Source: an uncultured Acidobacteriia bacterium (GTDB lineage Bacteria; Acidobacteriota; Terriglobia; Bryobacterales; Bryobacteraceae). Taken from it: DNA of 64,000 nucleotides. A model generated the notes under the pieces. The model was not told the DNA's origin, searched no databases, and was given only the letters and a program-made list of their open reading frames with translations. The position numbers and the translations under genes are program-made. This document shows, piece after piece, positions 48,482-60,161 of this stretch; the first letter of the stretch is position 1; the number at the start of each line of letters is the position of its first letter. Where the stretch lies: assembly GCA_903892565.1 (NCBI GenBank), contig CAITIX010000353.1, forward strand, positions 19,245-83,244. The letters are read 5' to 3'.

Positions 48482-48817
48482 GTGGTCACAGCGCTTCCAG
48501 CCGTGGAAATCGTTTCGGGCGAGCAACACAAAGTACTGCATTTAAGAGGACCGTTGGGATTGGCGAATGGACGCGGGCTGCGTGACGCCGCGCTGAAGAT
48601 GGCCGTAAGCCCAACCGGGGCTGATGCCACGGGACGAATTCATATAAATGCGAGTGAGCTCGAAACGACGGACGTAGCCATTGTCCAGGTTCTGGCGGCG
48701 ATGCACGCAGAGTCCACGCGGCGGGGCCGGACCATGGAAGTCACGGGCTTACGCGACGCGGTGCAAAAGGAGTGGCTGGCGGCGGGATGGGAAAGTTTTC
48801 CGATCGGCGCGAATTAA
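48482..48817 (+). CDS. STAS-domain protein (MlaB-like, che-cluster-type STAS)
   Basis: GGGAGGA lies 8 nt before GTG 48482 (the track ORF starts at TTG 48437). INASELETTDVAIVQVLAAM...GRTMEVTGLRDAV fits the STAS fold. Divergent from the HsbR-like gene. Confidence 0.6.
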   Translation: MVTALPAVEIVSGEQHKVLHLRGPLGLANGRGLRDAALKMAVSPTGADATGRIHINASELETTDVAIVQVLAAMHAESTRRGRTMEVTGLRDAVQKEWLAAGWESFPIGAN

Positions 48818-48844
48818 CCGGCGCAAACGGCGTTTGAGGGAATT

Positions 48845-49210
48845 ATGGCCAAAAAAGTATTAGTCGTCGATGATTCGGCATCCATGCGGCAGATGATTGC
48901 CTTCACTTTGACCCGGGCCGGTTACGATGTGGCCCAGGGAATCAACGGGAAGGACGGATTGGTGCAACTAGCCAAACATCGGCCGCAGTTGATCATCAGC
49001 GATTTGAACATGCCGGAGATGGACGGCCTGGAATTTATCCGGCAATTGCGTAAACTGCCGGATTCGCGCCTCACGCCGGTCCTCATGCTCACCACCGAGA
49101 GCGATGCAACGAAGAAACAGGAAGGCAAAAGTGCGGGGGCCACGGGTTGGCTGGTAAAACCATTTCAGCCAGACCAACTATTGCAAGTAATCGCACGAGT
49201 GCTACCCTAG
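48845..49210 (+). CDS. single-domain CheY-like response regulator
   Basis: KKVLVVDDSASMR, ISDLNMPEMDG, PVLMLTTE and GWLVKPF are the canonical receiver residues. Confidence 0.92.
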   Translation: MAKKVLVVDDSASMRQMIAFTLTRAGYDVAQGINGKDGLVQLAKHRPQLIISDLNMPEMDGLEFIRQLRKLPDSRLTPVLMLTTESDATKKQEGKSAGATGWLVKPFQPDQLLQVIARVLP

Positions 49211-49230
49211 GTTGCGAGGTTGCGAAGTGG

Positions 49231-50220
49231 CTAGCCGCCGATGGAGTACATCGGCCGGGGCGGCGCAACGAACTTTGCCGAATTGATTTCGTGGCCGATC
49301 CACTTGGCCTTCACCCACGCACGCATCGCCGCGGCGATTTTCTCATCCGACGACCCATCGCGCAGCAGGGCCTTCAAATCCAATTCTTCAATCGCAAACA
49401 GGCAATAGCGGAAGTGGCCGTCGGCCGTGATGCGAATGCGGTTGCAATTCAAGCAGAACGGACGGCTGATGGACGCAATGAAGCCCACGCTTCCGACACC
49501 GTCGACGAATTCGTACTCGGTGGCTGGGGCGCGGGGATCCTGCTCCGGAATCTCGCGCAGCGCGCCGATTTCCCGGCTGATCATCGCGATCATTTCGTCG
49601 GCGGTAAGGACATGTTTGTTGCCCCACAAGCCTTGCGCATCGAGCGGCATGAATTCGATGTAGCGAATTTCAATGCCGCGTTCGCGCCCGAAGCGCGCGA
49701 GAGGAACGATGTCGGGCTCAACCAGCCCCTTCACAGCCACGGCGTTGATCTTGACGCGAAAACCGATGCGTTGCGCGGCATCGATACCGGCCATAACGCG
49801 GTCAAAATCGTCACGCCGCGTAATTTCCTGAAAGCGCGCGCGGTCCAATGTATCCAGATGGACGTTCAAGCGACGGAGACCGGCGTCGTACAGCGCCTGG
49901 GCGTGATCTGCAAGCAGAACGCCGTTGGTGGTGAGCGCGAGATCCTGAATGCCTTCGACGGCGGAGAGCATGCGAATCAAAGTGGGAAGATCGCGCCGCA
50001 GCAGGGGTTCGCCACCGGTGATGCGCAGTTTGCGCACGCCAAGGCTCGCGGCGACGCGCACGAAACGCTCAATTTCTTCGAAGCTGAGAATTTGTTCCTG
50101 CGCTTGAAACTTCACGCCTTCCTCAGGCATGCAGTAGAAGCAACGGATGTTGCAACGATCGGTCACACTGATGCGAAGGTTATCGTGCGTGCGTCCGAAG
50201 TTGTCGACGAGCGGTGTCAT
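49231..50220 (-). CDS. moaA: GTP 3',8-cyclase (molybdenum cofactor biosynthesis protein A)
   Basis: Radical-SAM CNIRCFYC motif, LRITGGEPLLR, and the C-terminal cluster CLNCNRIR. Confidence 0.93.
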   Translation of the reverse strand: MTPLVDNFGRTHDNLRISVTDRCNIRCFYCMPEEGVKFQAQEQILSFEEIERFVRVAASLGVRKLRITGGEPLLRRDLPTLIRMLSAVEGIQDLALTTNGVLLADHAQALYDAGLRRLNVHLDTLDRARFQEITRRDDFDRVMAGIDAAQRIGFRVKINAVAVKGLVEPDIVPLARFGRERGIEIRYIEFMPLDAQGLWGNKHVLTADEMIAMISREIGALREIPEQDPRAPATEYEFVDGVGSVGFIASISRPFCLNCNRIRITADGHFRYCLFAIEELDLKALLRDGSSDEKIAAAMRAWVKAKWIGHEINSAKFVAPPRPMYSIGG

Positions 50221-50224
50221 GTTT

Positions 50225-51154
50225 TTACTTCACAGCGAGCATTTTCTCAATGGGAATGCGGGCGCGGGCAATAATATCGGCCGGAATCTCCACGCGAGGT
50301 TGCAGATCGCGTAATGCGTCGCGGAGCTTCTCCAGTGTGTTCATCTTCATGTAAGGACATTCACTGCAATTGCATTGCTCGTTGGCCACAAAATAGAACT
50401 TCTTGCCGGGAGAATCGCGCTCGAGCGAAAAGCGCACGCCGCTCTCCGTCATAATGATGAACTCTTCGGCGGACGATTTCTTGCACCAATCGATGATGGC
50501 CGAGGTGGAGCCGACGAAATCGGCCATACGCAGTACATCCTGCGGGCATTCGGGATGCGCGGCGACGACCGCATTCGGATAATCGGCGCGCGCTTTGCTC
50601 AAACGGCGGGCAGGGAACGTCGCATGCACCATGCAAGCTCCGGGCCAGATCTTCATGTTGGCGCGGCCCGTCTTTTCCTTGACGTAAGCGCCCAGGTTCA
50701 TATCGGGCAGGAACATGATGGGCTTGTCGGCGGGAATCGAATTCACGATGCTCACCGCGTTGCGCGACGTACAGAGGATGTCACTTTCGGCTTTCACATC
50801 GATCGAGGTATTGACGTAAGAAACAATGACGTGGTCGGGGTTGCGCTGCTTCCAGGCGCGCAGATCCTCCACCCGGCAGGCATCCACCAGGCTGCAGCCA
50901 GCGCCACGATCCGGGGCGACGACGATCCGCTCGGGATTCAGCGCCTTGGCCGTTTCGGCCATGAACCACACGCCGCATAGCGCGATGACGTCCCCTTGGA
51001 AGTTTTGCGCGACGCGCGCAAGCTCGAGGCTATCGCCGATGGAATCCGCCAGCTCCTGAATTTCGGCGTCTTGATAGTGATGGGCGAGGATAACGGCCTT
51101 GCGGGACTTCTTGAGCTCGGCGATTTCCTCGGTGACGGAACTGACACCAACCAT
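50225..51154 (-). CDS. nadA: quinolinate synthase
   Basis: ILAHHYQ...IQELADSIGDSLELA, conserved Cys residues, about 309 aa. The ATG at 51154 has GAAGGA upstream (the track ORF starts at 51175). The stop is 4 nt before moaA. Confidence 0.93.
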   Translation of the reverse strand: MVGVSSVTEEIAELKKSRKAVILAHHYQDAEIQELADSIGDSLELARVAQNFQGDVIALCGVWFMAETAKALNPERIVVAPDRGAGCSLVDACRVEDLRAWKQRNPDHVIVSYVNTSIDVKAESDILCTSRNAVSIVNSIPADKPIMFLPDMNLGAYVKEKTGRANMKIWPGACMVHATFPARRLSKARADYPNAVVAAHPECPQDVLRMADFVGSTSAIIDWCKKSSAEEFIIMTESGVRFSLERDSPGKKFYFVANEQCNCSECPYMKMNTLEKLRDALRDLQPRVEIPADIIARARIPIEKMLAVK

Positions 51155-51259
51155 GGGGAATCCTTCTGTCTCCATTGTAGCTGCTGGGAGAGCGGCTCTA
51201 GCCTTTTAGATGCAGCGGGCGTGTTCGTTGTAGCGGAAAAATGTACCTAGCGGCCTGTC

Positions 51260-51367
51260 GCAAAGCAAACGTTATCATCCGGTCCGCTCCCTGACGGTCG
51301 CGGTTCCGTGCTGAACACTGGCACCCCTCACAAAACTAGCACCGAACCCCGACTGTGAAGGAGGGGA
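51260..51367. repeat. copy B of the conserved long-hairpin element (partner of 1767..1884)
   Basis: The reverse complement reads TCCCCTCCTTCACAGTCGGGGTTCGGTGC-(23 nt)-TTCAGCACGGAACCGCGACCGTCAGGGAGCGG...GTTTGCTTTGC. It lies in the dedA-nadA intergenic region, in sense orientation relative to nadA. Confidence 0.85.
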
Positions 51368-51396
51368 CATAGTAACGGACTCAGCGCGACGGTCTA

Positions 51397-51993
51397 CTAG
51401 CCCTCAGAAACGACCGCGGGCCGCCGAGCATCCACCCAGCGCACCAACCCATAGAGAGCCAGTCCGATGGCCGCGGCGAGCGCAAGCAAATGCCACACGT
51501 GGCCCTTTAACCACGCCGAGGAATTCTCCCCGAGCTGTTGTCCAAGATAGGCGAGCGCCAGGTAGCGAGGGAAACGGGCAGCGGCCAATACCAGGAAGAA
51601 ACGATAGCGCGGCACGCACATGACACCGGCGCAGGCCGCGAAGACCTTGAACGGCATGATCGGAATCGGGAGCAAAGCGGGGATGAAGACAGTGATGAGG
51701 CCGTAGCGGCCAAACCACTCGCGGAACCGTTGCCCGCTGCTGCCCGTGGTGTACTTGGCCAGAAACTTTTCGCCGCCCTTGCGCGTAATCTCGTAGAAAA
51801 TCGCGCTACCGATGAGCGATCCAATGGCTGCGAGTAAAGCGCACAGCATCGCATCCTGCGGACGGGCGATCGCCAGAAGCAGAAGGAGCGCGTCGGTGCC
51901 ACCGGGATTCGGAATGCCCGCCGATTCCACTGCGGCAAGGAGCAGAATCCCCAGAGGGCCCCAAGATACGAGAACATCGCGAAGATGACGCAT
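51397..51993 (-). CDS. DedA/YqaA (VTT-domain) family membrane protein
   Basis: 198 aa with 4-5 TM helices. The AVESAGIPNPGGTDALLL and F..R.FPR patterns are typical of the family. Confidence 0.7.
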   Translation of the reverse strand: MRHLRDVLVSWGPLGILLLAAVESAGIPNPGGTDALLLLLAIARPQDAMLCALLAAIGSLIGSAIFYEITRKGGEKFLAKYTTGSSGQRFREWFGRYGLITVFIPALLPIPIMPFKVFAACAGVMCVPRYRFFLVLAAARFPRYLALAYLGQQLGENSSAWLKGHVWHLLALAAAIGLALYGLVRWVDARRPAVVSEG

Positions 51994-51994
51994 G

Positions 51995-54925
<2,931 letters not shown>

Positions 54926-54932
54926 CTAGCGC

Positions 54933-55844
54933 ATGGAAAACCTGACGCACACATTGGTCGGCCTGATGATGGCGCGCTGTGGTTTGGAAAAGACCACGGT
55001 GCGTGGCGCGGGAATGATGATGCTGGCGGCGAACGCGCCCGACGTGGACGCGGTGTTCTGGTTTAATCGCCTCCATTATCTGGACTACCATCGCAGCTAT
55101 GTGCATTCGCTGGCGTTCGCTCCGCTTGTGGCGCTTCTGCCGATGGCGCTGGTGCGCGCACAGTTTACGTGGAAATCGTACGCCGCAGCCATCGCGGGTG
55201 TCCTCAGTCACATCTTGTTGGATTGGACGAATCCCTACGGGATCCAGATGCTGCTGCCGTTTTCCCATCGAAGGGTGATGCTCGATATCACGAACATCGC
55301 GGACATTTGGATCTGGTGCATTCTGCTCGCCGGATTGCTGGGACCGTTTCTGATGAGTCGCCTGCGGGGCGGAGCGGAGTCCTTCTCCTCGGCTCGTGCC
55401 GCATGGGCGTGGGTAGCGCTGACGACGCTCATTTCCTACGAAGGCGCACGCTTTGCGATGCACGCGAAGGCGGTGGAGATGATCGAGTCCCGCATGTACG
55501 ACGGGGTTGCTCCCACGCAGGCGATCGCGGTTCCGACCGATTTTATACATCCCACGCGGTGGAAGGGCATCGCTCGTGGACCGGGATTTTCGACCATCGT
55601 CCCGCTGAACGTCCAGAGTGCGTACGATCCTTCCTTCGAAGTGACGTACATGGAAGCTGCCGCGGCGGACGCCATTGCCGCCGCTCGTAAACTTCCGGAA
55701 TTCCAAACCATGATGCGGTTTTCACAATCTCCGTTTTGGAAGACGACGCGCGTGGCAGGCGGCACGCTTGTCGAACTCCTGGACCTGAGATTCGGAACGC
55801 CGGACGATCCGGGCTTCGCCTTCATTTCGAGCGTCATCCCCTAG
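54933..55844 (+). CDS. membrane-bound metal-dependent hydrolase, YdjM/DUF457 family
   Basis: MENLTHTLVGLMMAR N-terminus plus HILLDWTNPYGIQ, typical of YdjM-like proteins. Confidence 0.7.
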   Translation: MENLTHTLVGLMMARCGLEKTTVRGAGMMMLAANAPDVDAVFWFNRLHYLDYHRSYVHSLAFAPLVALLPMALVRAQFTWKSYAAAIAGVLSHILLDWTNPYGIQMLLPFSHRRVMLDITNIADIWIWCILLAGLLGPFLMSRLRGGAESFSSARAAWAWVALTTLISYEGARFAMHAKAVEMIESRMYDGVAPTQAIAVPTDFIHPTRWKGIARGPGFSTIVPLNVQSAYDPSFEVTYMEAAAADAIAAARKLPEFQTMMRFSQSPFWKTTRVAGGTLVELLDLRFGTPDDPGFAFISSVIP

Positions 55845-55921
55845 GATGCTTTGTCGCCGCGCAGGTTGACGGCGCGGGATAAGCTACAATTCTTTCTGCC
55901 GGAAGCGGCCCGGAGGAAACT

Positions 55922-57469
55922 GTGACAAAAACATTTTGGGCAATCGCCGTGGTGACGATGCTGGGCGCCTATGGGCAATCGCCGGAGCTGGCGGTGATCA
56001 ACGGCGCGGCGGATGCGTTAGGTGGCAAGGCGCGCATACAGACGTTGCGGACGCTGGTCATTGAAGGTTCCGGAACCAACCCGAACGTGGGCCAGAATCG
56101 CAATCCAGACGACGCTCTGCCGGACTGGAAAGTAACGGACTACCGCAAAACGATCGACTTGGCGAATCAACGTATGCGCATCGAACAGCATCGGCAGGCG
56201 CAGTTCGCATTTTCCATGGCCAATGACGTCCGGCAGAATCTTGTGTTGGATGGCATGATTGCGTTCAACGTCGCAGCCGACGGCTCAGCGACTCGTGCGT
56301 CTGAGGCCGTCGCTCGCGATCGACGCTTCGAAATGTTCGGCAATCCGGTTACTGCCGTAAGGGCGGCCCTCGATCCGGCGGCGAAGCTCACCCATTTGCG
56401 CAAGGAAGGCGTGCTGCAGTGCGTGGACATCACTACCGCGCAGGGTGACGCTTTCGCACTGGTGATCGATGCGGCGACGCATCTCCCCGCGTCGATCCGC
56501 TGGCTGAGCTCCAGCGACAACTTGGGCGACATTCAAAACGAGACATTCTTCCAGGATTATGAGATCACGAGTGGCGTGAAGCTGCCAAAGCGTTATCTGA
56601 CGAAGATCGACTTTCGCAATTACACGACAGCGGATATTCGCGTTTCGAAGAACGCCGTGGATATCGATGCGGGCAATCTCGCGGCACCGGCCTCGGTGCA
56701 GACAGCCGCCCCGCCGCCTCCGCCAACCTTCACGGTAAATGCCGTGCACGTTGCGCCGGGCGTTTGGTGGTTGCAGAGTACCGGCAATCATTCGAGTGCG
56801 ATGTACGAGTTCGCAGATCACCTGACGCTGTTCGAAGCGCCCTCGAGCGAGGCGCAAGCACGCGCCCTATTTGACGCGGCCCACAAGGCCGTGCCTTCCA
56901 AGCCGCTGACCGAGATCATCATCTCGCATCATCACTTTGATCACACGGGTGGCCTGCGCGCAGTGGTGGCCGAAGGACTAACGATCGTCTCGCACAAGGA
57001 CAACGAGCAATTCTTTCGCGAACTAGCGGCGAGGAAGGCGACGTTACACCCGGATGCGCTCACTCGTCATCCCATGCCGCTCAAATTCAAAGGCGTTGGC
57101 GAATCCGCCGTATTGAAGGATAAAGCGATGGAAGTGGAGCTGCATCAATTGAAGGGCAACATCCATTCGGGGCTCATGCTGGTGGCGTGGGTGCCGCGCT
57201 ACCGGTTTCTTTCACAGTCCGACATGTTCGACGCCTACTGGTTCCGGTATCTGTGGACCGCTAATTATTTCGAGAACCTCGAGCGCTTGCATTTACACTT
57301 CGACAAGGATCTCCCGGTGCACGGTCGGATCATGGGCTATGACGAAGAGCGCAAGATGGCCGATGCGTACAAGAAGTCGCCAGAAGCGTATGCCGCTGCT
57401 GCAATGAAGTTCTGCCAGTCTGGCGGGCCCTGCTCGGGAGCCGCAGCGGTGAAGGCGCCGGCCAAATAA
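55922..57469 (+). CDS. secreted MBL-fold metallo-hydrolase with an N-terminal extra domain
   Basis: GTG start and signal peptide. Metallo-beta-lactamase motif IISHHHFDHTGG in the C-terminal half. Confidence 0.72.
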   Translation: MTKTFWAIAVVTMLGAYGQSPELAVINGAADALGGKARIQTLRTLVIEGSGTNPNVGQNRNPDDALPDWKVTDYRKTIDLANQRMRIEQHRQAQFAFSMANDVRQNLVLDGMIAFNVAADGSATRASEAVARDRRFEMFGNPVTAVRAALDPAAKLTHLRKEGVLQCVDITTAQGDAFALVIDAATHLPASIRWLSSSDNLGDIQNETFFQDYEITSGVKLPKRYLTKIDFRNYTTADIRVSKNAVDIDAGNLAAPASVQTAAPPPPPTFTVNAVHVAPGVWWLQSTGNHSSAMYEFADHLTLFEAPSSEAQARALFDAAHKAVPSKPLTEIIISHHHFDHTGGLRAVVAEGLTIVSHKDNEQFFRELAARKATLHPDALTRHPMPLKFKGVGESAVLKDKAMEVELHQLKGNIHSGLMLVAWVPRYRFLSQSDMFDAYWFRYLWTANYFENLERLHLHFDKDLPVHGRIMGYDEERKMADAYKKSPEAYAAAAMKFCQSGGPCSGAAAVKAPAK

Positions 57470-57582
57470 GACGACGTAGCTCGCAGTCATGGTCGCGGTG
57501 CTTGTACTGTTACCGCAGCCGGCATACCGAGCCGCAACCGGTCGTGCCGCGACGATTCCTGCTTCGTACACTGAGAGGAGGT

Positions 57583-58857
57583 ATGAAATTCTTTTTACTT
57601 GTGCTGTTGACGTCCGCCATTGCTTCGGCCGAAGTGCGCACCATGACCTTGCAGCAGGCCGTCGCCATGGCGTTGACGCAGAATCCCGACGTGCTGCTTG
57701 CCAGACTGGATCAACAGAAGGCCCAGCAGCAGGTGACCATTGCGCACGATCCCTTCGCGCCCAAGCTCTTCGCTGGCAGCGGCGCGGCCTATACGTATGG
57801 ATTCCCCGCTTCGATTGATGGATCCGGTCCGTCTATCGTCCAGACGCGTGCGTCGATGGCGTTGTTCAATCGGCCGCAAAAGTATTTGGTGGATCAGGCC
57901 AAGGAAGGGATCAAGGGAGCCGAGATCGATGTGGCGCGGCGTCAGGAAGAAGTCGCCTACCGCGTCGCAACTCTGTTTTTGAACGTCGAACAGATCTCGC
58001 GCAGTATCGAAGCCGCCGGGCGTCGTACTGCCAGTCTGACGCGCGTCAGTGAACTGACGGCGCAACGCGTGGCGGAGGGTCGCGAGCTGCCGCTCGAAGC
58101 GAAGAAGGCGAATCTCGCAATATTGCGAGCCAAGCAGCAGATGGAAACTCTCGCGCTGGATTTAGAGTCGGGAGAAATCTCACTGGCGCTCGCCGTGGGA
58201 TTGACGGCGGCAGATCGTGTACAACCTGCAGCCGTAGAGCATGCCCCGCTGGGCGTGCCGGAATCCGAGCAGGCGTCCATCGATCAGGCGATGGCGAATA
58301 GTAGCGAGCTAAAAGGGCTGCAGTCCAGCATTGAAAGCAAAGTGCTGCAGGGGAAGAGCAACCGTTCGGAATGGTTGCCTAAAGTCGACCTTATCGCGCA
58401 ATACGCGCTTTTCGGCAAATACAATTACGCGAATTATTTTCAGACTTTTCAACACAACAATGCCGAAATCGGCGCATCCATTCAGTTCCCGATTCTCTTG
58501 GGACATCAGCATTCGGCGCTGGCTTCCCAGGCCGACACGGACATCGCAAAACTGCGGATCGAGGCAGCGCGTACACGCGAGCGCATCTCGGCCGACACCC
58601 GAGCGGCGTACAATAATCTGAAACGCGCCGATTCCGGCCGTGAGTTGGCCCGCGCGGATCTGGATCTTGCGCGAGAGGAACTCAGCGTGACACTTGCGCT
58701 GATGGACGAAGGCCGCGTGCCATTGGCCTCAGTGGAAGCCGCCCGCGCCGCGGAAGATGAAAAATGGCTCGCGTACTATGAGGCGCAGCGCGCTGCGGAG
58801 ACGGCTCGCCTGAATATTCTGCGCCAGACAGGGATGTTGGAAGTGGCGCTCCGTTAG
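57583..58857 (+). CDS. TolC-family outer-membrane efflux protein
   Basis: GGAGG precedes the ATG at 57583. Signal peptide, then TLQQAVAMALTQNPDV, and a two-repeat coiled-coil/beta pattern of about 424 aa. The upstream part of track ORF 57502.. is not needed. Confidence 0.78.
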   Translation: MKFFLLVLLTSAIASAEVRTMTLQQAVAMALTQNPDVLLARLDQQKAQQQVTIAHDPFAPKLFAGSGAAYTYGFPASIDGSGPSIVQTRASMALFNRPQKYLVDQAKEGIKGAEIDVARRQEEVAYRVATLFLNVEQISRSIEAAGRRTASLTRVSELTAQRVAEGRELPLEAKKANLAILRAKQQMETLALDLESGEISLALAVGLTAADRVQPAAVEHAPLGVPESEQASIDQAMANSSELKGLQSSIESKVLQGKSNRSEWLPKVDLIAQYALFGKYNYANYFQTFQHNNAEIGASIQFPILLGHQHSALASQADTDIAKLRIEAARTRERISADTRAAYNNLKRADSGRELARADLDLAREELSVTLALMDEGRVPLASVEAARAAEDEKWLAYYEAQRAAETARLNILRQTGMLEVALR

Positions 58858-58892
58858 CACCGCGCTTCCGACTGCACAATCACGCTGGACGC

Positions 58893-60104
58893 CTACTTCG
58901 TTTGTGCGCCTTGTTGGGCCGCTTGTTGCGCAACCTGTTCGGCCGCCTGTTCTATCGCCGCCAGCTGTTGGCGAATCGCCGACACATCCGGCTCGTTGGG
59001 ATTTTGTTCCAGAAACGCGCGTATCGAGGACGCGGCTGCCGCGAAATCGCGCTTCTGCGCCAGGATCAGTCCCAACAAATATGGAGCTCGGGGATTTCGA
59101 TGCGCGGTATCGCGCGTCATGGCCTCGCGTGCATTCTTTTCTGCCACGTCAAGTTTTCCGAGTTGAAAATTGCCGACGCCACTGAGATAGTACGCGTCGG
59201 GATAGTCAATCGGATCCAGACTTAATATCGTGTCGCTCTGTCCAGCAACTTCCTGCCAGTTGGTGTCGCGCAGCGCGATCCAGGCGAGGCGCTCGTGGGG
59301 CGGAATGAACTTCGCATCCGCCAGAATCGCTTGTCCGTAGGATTTCTGCGCTTCTTCAAACTTGTTCTGTTCTTCGTTCAGACGTCCGAGCGCAAACCAA
59401 GCCGCAGCGTAGCGCGGGTATAACTCCACTGCTTGCGCGAAGTACTTCTGCGCCTCGGCGGGCTTTTTCTTTGCCACCGCGTCCATGCCTTTTTCGTAGG
59501 CCTTCTTCGCTTCTTTGGGGGCTAGAGAGGCCGTCGCGCTGACCGTCAAGCCTTCCACATTTGCGATGCGGTGCAAAATCACTGTACCAAGGTCGGGATT
59601 ATCGAGAAAGCGGTCACTGCCGACCGGTACGTTTTCCATGCGAAAGCCGGGGAGCGAAAAGCGCAACTCGCAATCCATCGTCATTCGATCGCGACTCATT
59701 CGATTTGTGCGCAGCGTTCCGCTGGCAATTTGATCGCTGGCGTCGCCAATTTCCGTGCTCCTGGTTAAATCGAAACTGAAACGCCCTTTCATGTCGGTGT
59801 GCGTGGCGACGCGAGTCGCTCCGCCGCAGATTCGCTCAATCTTGACAGGCTCGGGCAAGGCTGCACCATCGCTCAGCGTGACTTTCCCCGAAATGTAGAT
59901 TGGGCGGTCGCCTACGCCGCCCATGCTTCCCATGCCGGAACTGCCCAAGCTGCCAACGCTGCCGAGGCCACCTGTAGTGCCCGTATTCGTCGGGGTGTTG
60001 GCGCGCCCCGGCCCTCCGCTGGTGTTGCCCGGCGAGCTACCAATTTGCCCCCACGCGTGCCCTGCCACAAGGCAAGTAACGAATCCCATCGCGAGTGCAC
60101 GCAT
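58893..60104 (-). CDS. secreted carboxypeptidase-regulatory-like domain plus TPR-repeat protein
   Basis: Signal peptide and a G/S/T-rich linker. ISGKVTLSDG....GRFSF is a CarboxypepD_reg-like segment. The C-terminal part has TPR-like helices (A..YF..A..L.P.YA.AWF.LG). Confidence 0.6.
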   Translation of the reverse strand: MRALAMGFVTCLVAGHAWGQIGSSPGNTSGGPGRANTPTNTGTTGGLGSVGSLGSSGMGSMGGVGDRPIYISGKVTLSDGAALPEPVKIERICGGATRVATHTDMKGRFSFDLTRSTEIGDASDQIASGTLRTNRMSRDRMTMDCELRFSLPGFRMENVPVGSDRFLDNPDLGTVILHRIANVEGLTVSATASLAPKEAKKAYEKGMDAVAKKKPAEAQKYFAQAVELYPRYAAAWFALGRLNEEQNKFEEAQKSYGQAILADAKFIPPHERLAWIALRDTNWQEVAGQSDTILSLDPIDYPDAYYLSGVGNFQLGKLDVAEKNAREAMTRDTAHRNPRAPYLLGLILAQKRDFAAAASSIRAFLEQNPNEPDVSAIRQQLAAIEQAAEQVAQQAAQQGAQTK

Positions 60105-60161
60105 ATTTCCTCCGCCTGCCGACGATTATACGACTCGCTTGTGATGGACGTTGGCGCTACG

